A DNA stretch of 58,165 nucleotides from a virus (Duplodnaviria > Caudoviricetes), in the IMG/VR virus record IMGVR_UViG_3300037470_000764, positions 1-58,165 of that record; one strand, written 5' to 3'. The translations under genes were made by a program, and so were the position numbers. Below the pieces are notes generated by a model. It was given only the letters and a program-made list of their open reading frames with translations. It did no database searches and was not told where the DNA came from. Positions 36,945 to 45,798 of the stretch are shown here, piece after piece. Every line of letters begins with the position of its first letter. The first letter of the stretch is position 1.

Positions 36945-37078
36945 ACGCAAAACGAAAGGGGCGGGCTTTTGCGTCGAACACGAGGCAGACCCCGGGGGGA
37001 CAGGTGGGGTGTGTTCGTCGCGCGCGGCCTGGGGTTAAGGCCTGCCCGCCTTGCGCGGGCCCGCGGGGGGCGGGCCCA
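36945..37078 (-). other. Structured intergenic leader (four consecutive hairpins)
   Basis: Stems GGGCCCGC/GCGGGCCC, GGCCT/AGGCC, CGAACAC/GTGTTCG and ACGCAAAA/TTTTGCGT. Confidence 0.45.
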
Positions 37079-37085
37079 TCTGAAT

Positions 37086-37400
37086 TCATGCTCGGGCTGG
37101 CGCCCGCCGGGCTTTCGGCTCAAGCAGCCGGGGCGGAACCGCGATACCGCGATCGACCGCCACCGCACAGACCGCCGCCCGCCAGCCGCCCGGAATGTCG
37201 CGGCGCTTCCAGACCGACACGGTTTTACGTCGGGGCGCCGCCGCGCCATGGCGCTTTTTGAGTTCGGCGCTGAGCGCTGCCGCGCCACCAAGGGCTTCGA
37301 TGAAATCGGCGTCCGTCATGAGCGCGGGCTTGCGCCGCCCGGTGCTCCGGCCGGGGAGATCGTCGCGCCGCGCGCGTTTACCATTATTCATGTTTTTCAT
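37086..37400 (-). CDS. Cro-like HTH regulator
   Basis: DFIEALGGAAALSAEL...TVSVWKRRDIPGGW. Divergent from the repressor. Start at 37400 or 37319. Confidence 0.8.
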   Translation of the reverse strand: MKNMNNGKRARRDDLPGRSTGRRKPALMTDADFIEALGGAAALSAELKKRHGAAAPRRKTVSVWKRRDIPGGWRAAVCAVAVDRGIAVPPRLLEPKARRAPARA

Positions 37401-37407
37401 GGCGCCG

Positions 37408-37437
37408 GAAGGTAACAAAACGTAGACCTTCTGTCAA
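37408..37437 (-). promoter_or_regulatory. cro promoter overlapped by operator copy B
   Basis: TTGACA-N17-TACCTT on the minus strand. GAAGGTAACAAAACGTAGAC at 37408-37427. Confidence 0.8.
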
Positions 37438-37476
37438 AACGACCGAAAATCGCTATTCTTGGAGCCTTGGGAATTC

Positions 37477-37776
37477 ATGGAGTGGGTGACGTCGATGGGA
37501 GCAAAGGTCAGGGTGCCGCGCGAAACGCTGCGCGAGTTCGGCATTCGATTGAAGCAGGCGCGGGTGGCGGCAGGATTCAGAACAACCGCCGACCTGGCTT
37601 TGTTGCTCGACCTCGAAGCAAAAACCTACAGGCGATATGAACGCGGCGAGGTTTTTCCCGACATCGTTGCACTTATCAAGATACTCGAGCTGACCGGCTA
37701 TTCGCTCGACTGGCTGATCGCCGGCTATGGGCCGGGCCCGTCGCGGCTTCGATTGCCGAGCGGAAATTCATCCTGA
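37477..37776 (+). CDS. XRE-family HTH repressor (no S24 peptidase domain)
   Basis: FGIRLKQARVAAG...YRRYERGEVFP...SLDWLIAG. Start uncertain (37459/37477/37495). Confidence 0.85.
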   Translation: MEWVTSMGAKVRVPRETLREFGIRLKQARVAAGFRTTADLALLLDLEAKTYRRYERGEVFPDIVALIKILELTGYSLDWLIAGYGPGPSRLRLPSGNSS

Positions 37777-37804
37777 ACGAAACGCTTTACCGCGAATTTC
37801 AAAA

Positions 37805-37832
37805 GCGCCGATTCCAGACCGGTGCCTTTTTT
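37805..37832 (+). terminator. Terminator after the repressor
   Basis: GCGCCG/CGGTGC stem followed by a T run. Confidence 0.5.
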
Positions 37833-37833
37833 G

Positions 37834-37862
37834 TTGACGGCGAAGGTAACAAAACGTAGACA
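37834..37862 (+). promoter_or_regulatory. Rightward promoter overlapped by operator copy C
   Basis: TTGACG-N17-TAGACA containing GAAGGTAACAAAACGTAGAC (37842-37861). Confidence 0.75.
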
Positions 37863-37889
37863 TTCGGTATCCCGGATTTGGAGGGCCGA

Positions 37890-38249
37890 ATGGAAGCGAT
37901 CGCCGAGTGGCTGAGCATCATGGCCGTGCTGATGGTGTGGGCGGGCGGGTTTGCACTCGCCGGCATGGTGTTCGGTGTGGGCTTCGCGGCGGGCGGCGCG
38001 CTGGTGGACTGGCTGCATGACCGCGTCGTCCGTCCGGACCTCAATCCGGACCCCGGCACTTCGGACGCTGTCCGCAAGGATTTCTGGTTCGACGACGAGG
38101 GTTGCCGGGAAGCCATCGCGCGGATCAAAAGCTACAGAAGTCCTTCCCCCATTTACGCCTCGCCGCCGCTGACACACTACACCGTGCCGCGCGCGCCCTC
38201 GGCGGATGACGAAGAGTCCCGCTACTTTCCGGGGGGCCTGCGCTGGTGA
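37890..38249 (+). CDS. Membrane protein
   Basis: GGAGG RBS, long N-terminal hydrophobic segment. Confidence 0.7.
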   Translation: MEAIAEWLSIMAVLMVWAGGFALAGMVFGVGFAAGGALVDWLHDRVVRPDLNPDPGTSDAVRKDFWFDDEGCREAIARIKSYRSPSPIYASPPLTHYTVPRAPSADDEESRYFPGGLRW

Positions 38250-38704
38250 TGTTCAGGATAGCCCCCCAAACCCCGATCGCGCCCAAGGGCAAACGCCGCC
38301 GCGCGCGCGTGATACCCGAGGCGCCGGGCCAGCGCGCGCCGCGCCGCCACGACCGCCGGCATCTGGGCTTTGTCGCGCAGCTTCCCTGCCTGGTTTCCGG
38401 CACCCCGGGCCCCAGCGAATGCGCGCATATCCGCTTCGGCGATGCGGTGCACGGCAAGCCCGCGACCGGCATGCAGGAAAAGCCCGGCGACATGTGGGTG
38501 GTGCCGCTCTGCGCCGAACTGCACCGCCTCAACGACGATGCCCAGCACAATTTCAACGAGCGCGCGTGGTGGCAGGGGCATGGCATCGACCCGCTCACCG
38601 TCGCCAGCGAGCTCTATGCCTGTTCCGGCAATCTCTCCGCCATGGAGGACGTCATCGCGCGTCATGCGCCGTTGATCCGCGCGAAGGAGGACGGCTCATG
38701 CTGA
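38246..38704 (+). CDS. DUF968-like (HNH/Ref-related) nuclease-fold protein
   Basis: HLGFVAQLPCLVSG...CAHIR...KPGDMWVVPLC..LH...QH...ERAWW. Confidence 0.8.
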   Translation: MMFRIAPQTPIAPKGKRRRARVIPEAPGQRAPRRHDRRHLGFVAQLPCLVSGTPGPSECAHIRFGDAVHGKPATGMQEKPGDMWVVPLCAELHRLNDDAQHNFNERAWWQGHGIDPLTVASELYACSGNLSAMEDVIARHAPLIRAKEDGSC

Positions 38705-39006
38705 TGAACGAGAGTTTCATGTCGTCGACGGATTTCCGGGTCTTGTGCGCGGTGCAGGGCACGGGGGGCGTATCCGATGCCGCCGGCGTCCGCCGGCACC
38801 TGCACACCCCGTCCTACAGCCCGCTTGCGGCTTCCATACCCGCCGCGCTCGGGATGCTCGAAAAGAACGGCTATCTCGAGCGCCGCGGCGAATTCTGGTT
38901 TCTGACGCCGGCCGGGCGCGAGCGCCTGAAACTTCCCCGCATCAAACCAAAGCCGCGCAAGCCGAAGCGTGGCATTCCCCCCAGACCGAAGGAACTCGTC
39001 TTATGA
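38698..39006 (+). CDS. Winged-helix-like protein
   Basis: GGAGG RBS, LGMLEKNGYLE...WFLTPAGRERL. Confidence 0.65.
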   Translation: MLMNESFMSSTDFRVLCAVQGTGGVSDAAGVRRHLHTPSYSPLAASIPAALGMLEKNGYLERRGEFWFLTPAGRERLKLPRIKPKPRKPKRGIPPRPKELVL

Positions 39007-39380
39007 GCGACGACCAGGCCCCTATCCTCAACGCGCCCATCCGGGCGTTCTCGCAACTTCTGTCGATGATCGAGGACGGCAAGCTGCATGGCGACCTGTC
39101 CACCGAGATCGAGGATCTGGTGGCGAAGATGCAGGACGCCTCGGCGGGTGGCCGCGACACCAGCGGCAGGGTGACCATCACCATCGACCTCAAATACGAC
39201 GCCAAGGCGCAGATGTTCGAAATCCTCGGGGATTTCAAGGTCAAGGCGCCGACCGAGAAGCGCGGCAAATCGGTCTTCTGGGCCACGCCCGACAACAAGC
39301 TCACCCGCTTCAATCCGCGCCAGCAGGACATGTTCCTGCGCGATGCCAACAACGGCAAGGCCGACCCGCGTTCGGCCTGA
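39003..39380 (+). CDS. Partner protein upstream of DUF2303 (YfdP-like)
   Basis: SGRVTITIDL...VFWATPDNKLTRFNPRQQDMF motif and synteny. Confidence 0.75.
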   Translation: MSDDQAPILNAPIRAFSQLLSMIEDGKLHGDLSTEIEDLVAKMQDASAGGRDTSGRVTITIDLKYDAKAQMFEILGDFKVKAPTEKRGKSVFWATPDNKLTRFNPRQQDMFLRDANNGKADPRSA

Positions 39381-39419
39381 CGCCGCCACAACGTTCAAAC
39401 CCAACCGGAGGCACTGAAA

Positions 39420-40358
39420 ATGAGTGAAGAACAGAAGAATATCGCCGAGACGGTCAGGAACCTGGTCCTCGAGCTCGGCGAGGTCGAACACGTCAACTTC
39501 GCGTCGGACAACCAGACCCCAGACTTAATCGTCATCCCCGCCGGCAAGAGCGTTCACAATCTCGAACAATACATCGCGCCGCTGCTGCCTCGTCCGCGGC
39601 GTCTCAGGGGCATGTCGGCGCATATGACGCTCGAAAGCCTCATCGGCGTCACCAACCGCTTCAAGGACGAAAATTCGGTCCTCTACGCCAGCGGCGACAT
39701 GAAGAACCCCTCGCTTCTGACTGTCTTCAACTACAACGAGGCGCGGCAGGACACGGACGGTGTCGTAAACGATGGCGCTGGCCCCCGCCATGGCGACCAC
39801 CGGGCACACTACAAGTTTCCGCTCTCGAACGAGTGGGAGGAGTGGCGCTTGCAGAACGGCAAGGTTCTCGGCCAGCAGGAATTCGCGGAATTCATCGAGA
39901 ACCGCATTGTTGACGTGCTGCCCCCCGTCGACGCGGGGCACTCCTCCTATGAGAAGGTCCGCGATGTCCTGTCGAAGATCGGCGGCACGATCGCCGATCC
40001 CGCGAAGCTGATGGAGTTGTCGCGCGGGCTTGCGGTCCATGTCGACGAGGTCGTCAAGAACGTCGTCAACATCGCCAGCGGCGAAGCCCAGGTGCAGTTC
40101 GAGACGGCTCATCACGACGGACAGGGCAAGCCGTTGACGGTGCCGTCCATGTTCCTGATCGGCATTCCGGTTTTCCAGAACGGGCCTGCCTATCTGATCG
40201 CGGTCCGGCTTCGCTATCGCCGCGCCGGCGGGGTCATCAAATGGTTCTACGAAATGTTCCAGGCCGAGCGGGCATTCGAGGATGCCTATAACGAGGCTTG
40301 TTCGCGCGCCGCGGCCGAGACGGGATTGCCGCTGTTCTTCGGTTCGCCGGAGTCATGA
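39420..40358 (+). CDS. DUF2303 (YfdQ-like) protein
   Basis: HGDHRAHY.FPLS.EW..W, QQEFAEFIEN, FLIGIPVF and VRLRYR motifs. Confidence 0.85.
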   Translation: MSEEQKNIAETVRNLVLELGEVEHVNFASDNQTPDLIVIPAGKSVHNLEQYIAPLLPRPRRLRGMSAHMTLESLIGVTNRFKDENSVLYASGDMKNPSLLTVFNYNEARQDTDGVVNDGAGPRHGDHRAHYKFPLSNEWEEWRLQNGKVLGQQEFAEFIENRIVDVLPPVDAGHSSYEKVRDVLSKIGGTIADPAKLMELSRGLAVHVDEVVKNVVNIASGEAQVQFETAHHDGQGKPLTVPSMFLIGIPVFQNGPAYLIAVRLRYRRAGGVIKWFYEMFQAERAFEDAYNEACSRAAAETGLPLFFGSPES

Positions 40359-40609
40359 TCGCACAGGCAGGCATAGCCGTATTCGGCGTCATCGCGATAT
40401 GGCTGACACAGTCGCCGATCGTTGAACGTCAGCGCTATGCCTGCCTGTTCGGACTCGCCGCACAACCCTTCTGGTTCTGGTCCGCGATCGAGGCCGGCCA
40501 GTGGGGAGTCTTCGCCCTCTGCTGGCTCTATCTGGCCGCCTGGGGCCGGGGGTTTGTCGAGCATTGGTCGGCGCCTCTCTATGCGCGGTTGAAGGAACGT
40601 CGGCCGTGA
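40355..40609 (+). CDS. Small multi-pass membrane protein
   Basis: FGLAAQPFWFWSAIEAGQWGVF, coupled ORF. Confidence 0.75.
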   Translation: MIAQAGIAVFGVIAIWLTQSPIVERQRYACLFGLAAQPFWFWSAIEAGQWGVFALCWLYLAAWGRGFVEHWSAPLYARLKERRP

Positions 40610-40797
40610 CGGCGAAAATAATGGACGACCGCTGCACGATCTGTGGCGCACCCGGGCCCTTTGGCTTCGCATGGGGCGGATTTCTGATGCGTACCTGCTT
40701 GGAACATCGCGGGATCGGAGACACCCGCCTCGAGGAAGTGAAACAGGGGAAGGCGCCGCCGCCGAATGCCGATCCCAGGCAAGGAGCATTGCTGTGA
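40606..40797 (+). CDS. Small Zn-binding protein
   Basis: CTICGAPGPFGF...CLEH, GTGA overlaps. Confidence 0.65.
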   Translation: MTAKIMDDRCTICGAPGPFGFAWGGFLMRTCLEHRGIGDTRLEEVKQGKAPPPNADPRQGALL

Positions 40798-41336
40798 ACA
40801 CGGAACGCCAAACCCAACAAGCGGAGAGAGCCATGTCCCCCGATAAGATATTTCTGAACGTCAACGGCAGGTCGATGTCGCTGGCCAAGCTCGTCAAAAA
40901 CCCGGCAATCGCGACCGTCGTGAGGGTCCTCAACTGCGCGGGCCTCTCCGCGCTGCCCGATCTGCCGAACGCGACCGTCGTGTGGGTCGACAACTGCGCG
41001 GGCCTCTCCGCGCTGCCCGATCTGCCGAACGCGACCGACGTGTGGGTCCTCAACTGCGCGGGCCTCTCCGCGCTGCCCGATCTGCCGAACGCGACCGTCG
41101 TGTGGGTCCTCAACTGCGCGGGCCTCTCCGCGCTTTATGCAGGCAAGGACTCGCGAAACTACCAGTTCTACGCGGTAAAAATCCGTGGGCTCTGGCGCGT
41201 GGTCGCCGGCTGCAGAAACCTTTCTTTCGATGATGCGCGTGCGCATTGGGGGCCGGGTGGGGTGAGCAATCGCCCCGACTGCCTGGCGCTGGTCGAAAAG
41301 CTGGCGGTGGCTGTCAGCGAGAGTGAGGCGGCATGA
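40794..41336 (+). CDS. Leucine-rich-repeat protein with C-terminal AGCR...AHW cap domain
   Basis: AGGAG RBS and GTG start. 20-aa repeats ATxVxVxNCAGLSALPDLPN. Confidence 0.8.
   Translation: MNTERQTQQAERAMSPDKIFLNVNGRSMSLAKLVKNPAIATVVRVLNCAGLSALPDLPNATVVWVDNCAGLSALPDLPNATDVWVLNCAGLSALPDLPNATVVWVLNCAGLSALYAGKDSRNYQFYAVKIRGLWRVVAGCRNLSFDDARAHWGPGGVSNRPDCLALVEKLAVAVSESEAA
40910..41134 (+). repeat. 60-bp in-frame tandem repeat, ~3.7 copies
   Basis: Near-identical units differing at only three codons. Confidence 0.95.
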
Positions 41337-41851
41337 GTACCGAACGTCACTACTGGCCCGCCGATTATGCCGATGAGGTGATGCCGGCGCCGGAGGTGAG
41401 CCCTTCGGCCTGGATACGCCGGTGCGATGGCGACAAGTGGATCGTCGAAGAGGCGGAAGTCGAGAAAGAAGCGTCCGGCCTCTGGCACATCGAAGTCGCC
41501 GCCGGCGACATCGTCGATTTCATCTCCTGCGTTCGGCTCGGCTCGGTAGAGGTCCGGATTGACGGCGAAAAACAATGGACCGTCCTCGATCGCGTCCCCG
41601 AAGCCGTCGTTCCGGGCGGCCACCTCGTCTTCTCATGGGGTGTCGAGTTCATTTCCGCTGACATCGACGAGTTGATGGGTGCGTTCTTCGAAGACGGGGT
41701 TAGCTGGAAAGCCGGCGAGGTCATGCTGATCGACGTGGCGGACTGGAGCGAGAAAGAGCAGTGGCGGCTGGTTGTCGAGGTTGGCGAGGACGAGGCCCAA
41801 CATGGCGCGTTCGAACGTGTCGCCACCGTCGAGGGGAGCGGCACGGCATGA
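41333..41851 (+). CDS. Hypothetical acidic protein
   Basis: Coupled ORF, GAGG RBS. Confidence 0.7.
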   Translation: MSTERHYWPADYADEVMPAPEVSPSAWIRRCDGDKWIVEEAEVEKEASGLWHIEVAAGDIVDFISCVRLGSVEVRIDGEKQWTVLDRVPEAVVPGGHLVFSWGVEFISADIDELMGAFFEDGVSWKAGEVMLIDVADWSEKEQWRLVVEVGEDEAQHGAFERVATVEGSGTA

Positions 41852-42210
41852 AAACGCCCGTCTTGATGGTGACGAATGCGGGGCTAGGCGAAACACCGCC
41901 CTGTCCCGAAGCGAAGTTTCATCGCGGCGACGTTGTGGTCGTCACGGGTCCGCATAGCTCCATCGACTGGCCTTGTGCGGTAACTGTTCTGCAAGCCATC
42001 CCGCCGGGCTTCGCTCCCGAATATGCGATTGCCGACATGCTGGGCGAAGCCCGGCCGCTGATGATTTCAAAACCGTCGCACAGCGTCACCTACATCGTCT
42101 ATTGCGACAGCGGGAAATGGGGCGTCATTCCTGAAAAGCGCCTTCGAGAAACCGGTCTGCCACCTGTCGAAATCGGCGACATCAGCCGGGGAGCTATAGT
42201 CGATGCTTGA
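41848..42210 (+). CDS. Hypothetical protein (possible SH3/KOW-like fold)
   Basis: KFHRGDVVVV...TYIV pattern, ATGA overlap. Confidence 0.65.
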   Translation: MKTPVLMVTNAGLGETPPCPEAKFHRGDVVVVTGPHSSIDWPCAVTVLQAIPPGFAPEYAIADMLGEARPLMISKPSHSVTYIVYCDSGKWGVIPEKRLRETGLPPVEIGDISRGAIVDA

Positions 42211-43372
42211 CCACGCGCGCCCCAAAGGCCACGGCACCGCTATCGAATGGACACATTGCCCGGGCTTCAAGGGCGAGACATGGAATCCTGTGACCGGGTG
42301 CCGTCCGTGCTCGGAGGGATGCGACAACTGTTACGCGGCCACCCTCGCCGGGACGCGGCTGAAAAAACTGCCCTCGCGTCAAGGACTCACGAAGCAGAAT
42401 GCCTCCGGGGAGCATATTTTCAACGGCAAGGTTCGCTTCAACGTCGAATGGCTGTTGCAGCCGCTTCGCTGGCGCAAACCGCGTTGCGTCTTCGTCGTCG
42501 CGCATGGAGACCTGTTCTACGAAGCGGTTGAGGAGGAGATCGTCGACACGGCGTATGCCGTGATGGCGCTGACCGCGCGGCATTTCTACCTCGTGCTCAC
42601 CAAACGCTCGAAGCGCCTTCGGGCCTATTCCAATGACCCCGATACGCCGGGCCGCATCGTTTCGGTGCTGAACGACAAGGGCCCTGGCTGGGGCCTGACG
42701 GACGAGGAAATCGCGGCGGCGTGTCATCGGGTCTACAATTGCTGGCCGCTTTCCAATGTGGGCGCCGGTATCAGCGTGGAAAATCAGGCCCGAGCCGAGG
42801 AACGCATTCCCGACATTCTCGAAACCAGCGCGGCGATGCGCTGGGTCTCCTTCGAACCGCTGATCGGGCGCGTAGACATTGCCAACATCGTGGTCAGGGA
42901 TGAAGCGGGTGAGAAACTTGCCTTCTATGACCTGACGGCGCATGGCGGTCCCGGCCTGTTCGCGATCAAGGGAGACTACGGCCGAAGGCTGCGCGATGTC
43001 CCTCAACTCGACTGGGCGGTGCCCGGCGGCGAAAGCGACTCGCTCCGCGGTGTTGTCGAGGGCAGGGGCGCACGGCCGCCGCATCCCGACTGGTTCCGCG
43101 ATCTGCTCAGCCAATGCAGCAAGGCCGGCATTGGCTATTTCTTCAAGCAATGGGGGGTGTGGCTGCCCTACGAGAACGCCATCGACGTTGAGGGCGCCAA
43201 TGTGCTGACCGGGGAGATACGCGGCTTCGGCCCCCACGATCCCGGTGGAAACCCGCAAATGCTGCGCGTCGGCAAGAAACTCGCCGGCGCGATGCTCGAC
43301 GGCTCTCTCCACCGCTCCTGGCCCCAACTCATGATCGACCACGGGAGGGCCCATGCCGTCTCCCGAGGATGA
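42203..43372 (+). CDS. DUF5131 / phage Gp37-Gp68 family protein (radical-SAM-like)
   Basis: TAIEWT, TWNPVTGCRPCSEGCDNCYA, GDLF, LTKRSKR, GISVENQ, SFEPLIG, GGES and FFKQWG motifs. Confidence 0.93.
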   Translation: MLDHARPKGHGTAIEWTHCPGFKGETWNPVTGCRPCSEGCDNCYAATLAGTRLKKLPSRQGLTKQNASGEHIFNGKVRFNVEWLLQPLRWRKPRCVFVVAHGDLFYEAVEEEIVDTAYAVMALTARHFYLVLTKRSKRLRAYSNDPDTPGRIVSVLNDKGPGWGLTDEEIAAACHRVYNCWPLSNVGAGISVENQARAEERIPDILETSAAMRWVSFEPLIGRVDIANIVVRDEAGEKLAFYDLTAHGGPGLFAIKGDYGRRLRDVPQLDWAVPGGESDSLRGVVEGRGARPPHPDWFRDLLSQCSKAGIGYFFKQWGVWLPYENAIDVEGANVLTGEIRGFGPHDPGGNPQMLRVGKKLAGAMLDGSLHRSWPQLMIDHGRAHAVSRG

Positions 43373-43601
43373 CGAGGATTACAAGTTGGTCGACGGCATC
43401 AGGATTGCCTCGGCGCTCAGCATCTATATCTGCCCGGAGCATGGCTCGGTCTATGTGCGTCTCCATGACGAGAAGAACGAGATATTCGCGGCCAGCATCG
43501 TCGAGGCAAGTGTGGTGCATCCCTTTCTCGCCCAGGCGGTCGAGAGGATCGCCGACTATCTGAAATCCGACAATATCGGCAAACCGCAGGGATCAGCATG
43601 A
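43353..43601 (+). CDS. Hypothetical protein
   Basis: GGAGG RBS, coupled to the peptidase gene. Confidence 0.7.
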   Translation: MPSPEDDEDYKLVDGIRIASALSIYICPEHGSVYVRLHDEKNEIFAASIVEASVVHPFLAQAVERIADYLKSDNIGKPQGSA

Positions 43602-44050
43602 CGACAATCGCATACAGGGACAATCTTATGGCGGCGGACTCCGCGGGCTGGGCCAGCGGTTTTTGCTATGGGCCGGTCGAGAAACTGATGAGGGCATCGG
43701 ACGGTACGCTCTTCGGTGTCGCCGGCGACGCGGCCCAATGTGCGGCCTTTCTCAAATGGGTGAAGGAAGGACGTGACCGTGGCGAATTCATGCCAGCGCC
43801 TCGATTGAAAGGCGACGACACGAGTTCCATCGTCGTGATGATCGTCGTGCCCGATGTCGATTTCATTGAGTTGCTGAGCGCGACGGGATCGGAGCGTATC
43901 CATATGCCCTATTTCGCGCTTGGTGCAGGCGCACAATGCGCGATGGGTGCGCTGCATGCTGGCGCCAGCGCCGTAGAGGCGATCGATGCGGCAATCGCTC
44001 ACGGCGACGGTGCGATCGGCCCGGTGCAAAGCATTTGTCACCTGGAATGA
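43598..44050 (+). CDS. HslV/proteasome-beta-like Ntn threonine peptidase
   Basis: MTTIAY...AADS...EKL...GVAGD...FALGAGAQCAMGAL...AVEAI. Confidence 0.85.
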   Translation: MTTIAYRDNLMAADSAGWASGFCYGPVEKLMRASDGTLFGVAGDAAQCAAFLKWVKEGRDRGEFMPAPRLKGDDTSSIVVMIVVPDVDFIELLSATGSERIHMPYFALGAGAQCAMGALHAGASAVEAIDAAIAHGDGAIGPVQSICHLE

Positions 44051-45798
44051 AAGGCCCAGCCGTGAAGAGCCCCGTTGTGACGGCTGAGAATTTTATTCCC
44101 GAAGCGGTGCTGAAAAAGCATGTCGCGGTCCTCGGCATGACCGGCAGCGGCAAGACGTCGACCGCCAAGCTTCTGGTCGAAACCGTCGTGGAGCAGGGCG
44201 CGCGCGTCTGTGTCCTCGATCCGATCAAATCGGACTGGTGGGGCATGATCTCCAGCGCCGACGGCCGCAAGCCCGGCCTGCCGTTCCACATCCTCGGCGG
44301 GCCTCACGGGCATGTGCCGCTGCACAGCTCGGCCGGCAAGGCGATCGGGGAACTCGTCTCCACGGGTGCCCTGCCGCTCTCGATCGTCGATATGGCCGAT
44401 TTCGAGGCCGGAGGCCTGCAACGCTTCTTCATCGACTTCGCGGACACCCTGCTTCGAAAGGTGCGGGGCGTCGTCTATCTGGTGATGGAAGAGGCCCATG
44501 AGTTCGCGCCCAAGGAACGCTCGGGCATCGGTGCCGAGAACATGGCGATCCATGCTGCTAAAAAACTGGCAACGGCCGGCCGTTCGAAGGGCGTCCGCAT
44601 GATCGTCGCCACGCAGCGCACACAGTCGCTTCACAATGCGCTGCTTGGCAGCTGCCCGACGATGATTGTCCATCAATTGACCGCGCCGGCCGACCAGGAG
44701 CCGGTGCTGAAATTCCTCAAGGCGAACGTCAAGGACAAGAATCAGAGGGTCATGATCGAGGAATCCCTGGCCTCGCTCGATGTGGGCGAGGGCTGGATCT
44801 GTTCGGGCGGTATCCCGGTCGAGCGTGTCCGGTTTCCGCGCATCAAGACCTTCGACAATTCGGCGACGCCGGAAGACGACAGCGAAGCGCGGCAGGTTGT
44901 CTCCGCCGTGGTCGACCAGAAGGGCTTGAGGGCGATCATCGGTGACGCCGTGGCGGAAGCCGAGGCCAACGATCCGTTCACGCTCAAGGCCGAGATCGCG
45001 AAACTGAGACGGGAACTGGCGGCGAAGCCGGGGCAGGCCGCCACCGCCGCGCCGGATACCAAGGCGATAGAGGCGGCCGAACACCGGGCCTATGTGAAAG
45101 GCAAGATCGCGGGCTATTCCGAGGGTGTCAGTCACGGCTGGGTCGAAGCGGCCCGCCAGGTCGAGGACAAGCTGAAAGCCGTCAGTCTCAGCCCGGAGCC
45201 GCCCCGGAACGTTCTCGATCACATGTTGAAGGCACAGGGGGCGAAGATGCCGCCGAAGGAAGTGGGGGCGAAGACAATCGCGGCGGCGCCGGCGTCGCGA
45301 CCCACCGTCAAGCGCGCCTCTTCAGCAGCCGAAGAGGGCGGATGCGAACTGACGCCGGGTGCCAGAAAATTGCTTGACGTGTTTGAGCGGTTCTCACCCC
45401 GCGCTCTTACGCCGAAGCAGGCTGCCCTGGCTGGTAGACTCAGTATTCGGTCAAGCGCGTTTCGGCCGAACCTGAAACAGCTGATTGATAGTGGTGCAAT
45501 TGCCCTACAGGACAGCGGAACCTTCGCCGCCGTCGAGTGTGGTGCTTCCCATGACTTGATGACGCCCGGCGACATACTGAATTTGTGGGTGTCTCGGTTC
45601 AAGCCCGCAACCGCGCGCATGCTTCGCGAGATTGTGGCGAGGGGACCAATGGACAAGGCCACCATCGCCGAGGCCTCGGAAATCAGTCCGACGTCGAGCG
45701 GGCTTGGTTCCGGGCTGCGTGACCTGATGGTCAATGGCTTGGTCGAGCGGGGCCATGATGGAACCTACATCGCAAATGAAATGTTCGAGGAAGGCTGA
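44047..45798 (+). CDS. HerA/FtsK-superfamily (DUF87-like) ATPase with C-terminal winged-helix domains
   Basis: HVAVLGMTGSGKT, VLDP, LVMEEAHEFAP and GRSKG...VATQR motifs, coiled coil, two wHTH-like ends (LKQLIDSGAI; LRDLMVNGLVE). Confidence 0.88.
   Translation: MKGPAVKSPVVTAENFIPEAVLKKHVAVLGMTGSGKTSTAKLLVETVVEQGARVCVLDPIKSDWWGMISSADGRKPGLPFHILGGPHGHVPLHSSAGKAIGELVSTGALPLSIVDMADFEAGGLQRFFIDFADTLLRKVRGVVYLVMEEAHEFAPKERSGIGAENMAIHAAKKLATAGRSKGVRMIVATQRTQSLHNALLGSCPTMIVHQLTAPADQEPVLKFLKANVKDKNQRVMIEESLASLDVGEGWICSGGIPVERVRFPRIKTFDNSATPEDDSEARQVVSAVVDQKGLRAIIGDAVAEAEANDPFTLKAEIAKLRRELAAKPGQAATAAPDTKAIEAAEHRAYVKGKIAGYSEGVSHGWVEAARQVEDKLKAVSLSPEPPRNVLDHMLKAQGAKMPPKEVGAKTIAAAPASRPTVKRASSAAEEGGCELTPGARKLLDVFERFSPRALTPKQAALAGRLSIRSSAFRPNLKQLIDSGAIALQDSGTFAAVECGASHDLMTPGDILNLWVSRFKPATARMLREIVARGPMDKATIAEASEISPTSSGLGSGLRDLMVNGLVERGHDGTYIANEMFEEG

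Noticed and set aside
40910-41134. CRISPR array
   Set aside because: Contiguous in-frame 60-bp units with no unique spacers, and no cas genes.
44047-45798. HerA-based defence system (Sir2-HerA, NurA-HerA)
   Set aside because: No adjacent Sir2 or nuclease gene, and it lies within a lytic early/middle operon.
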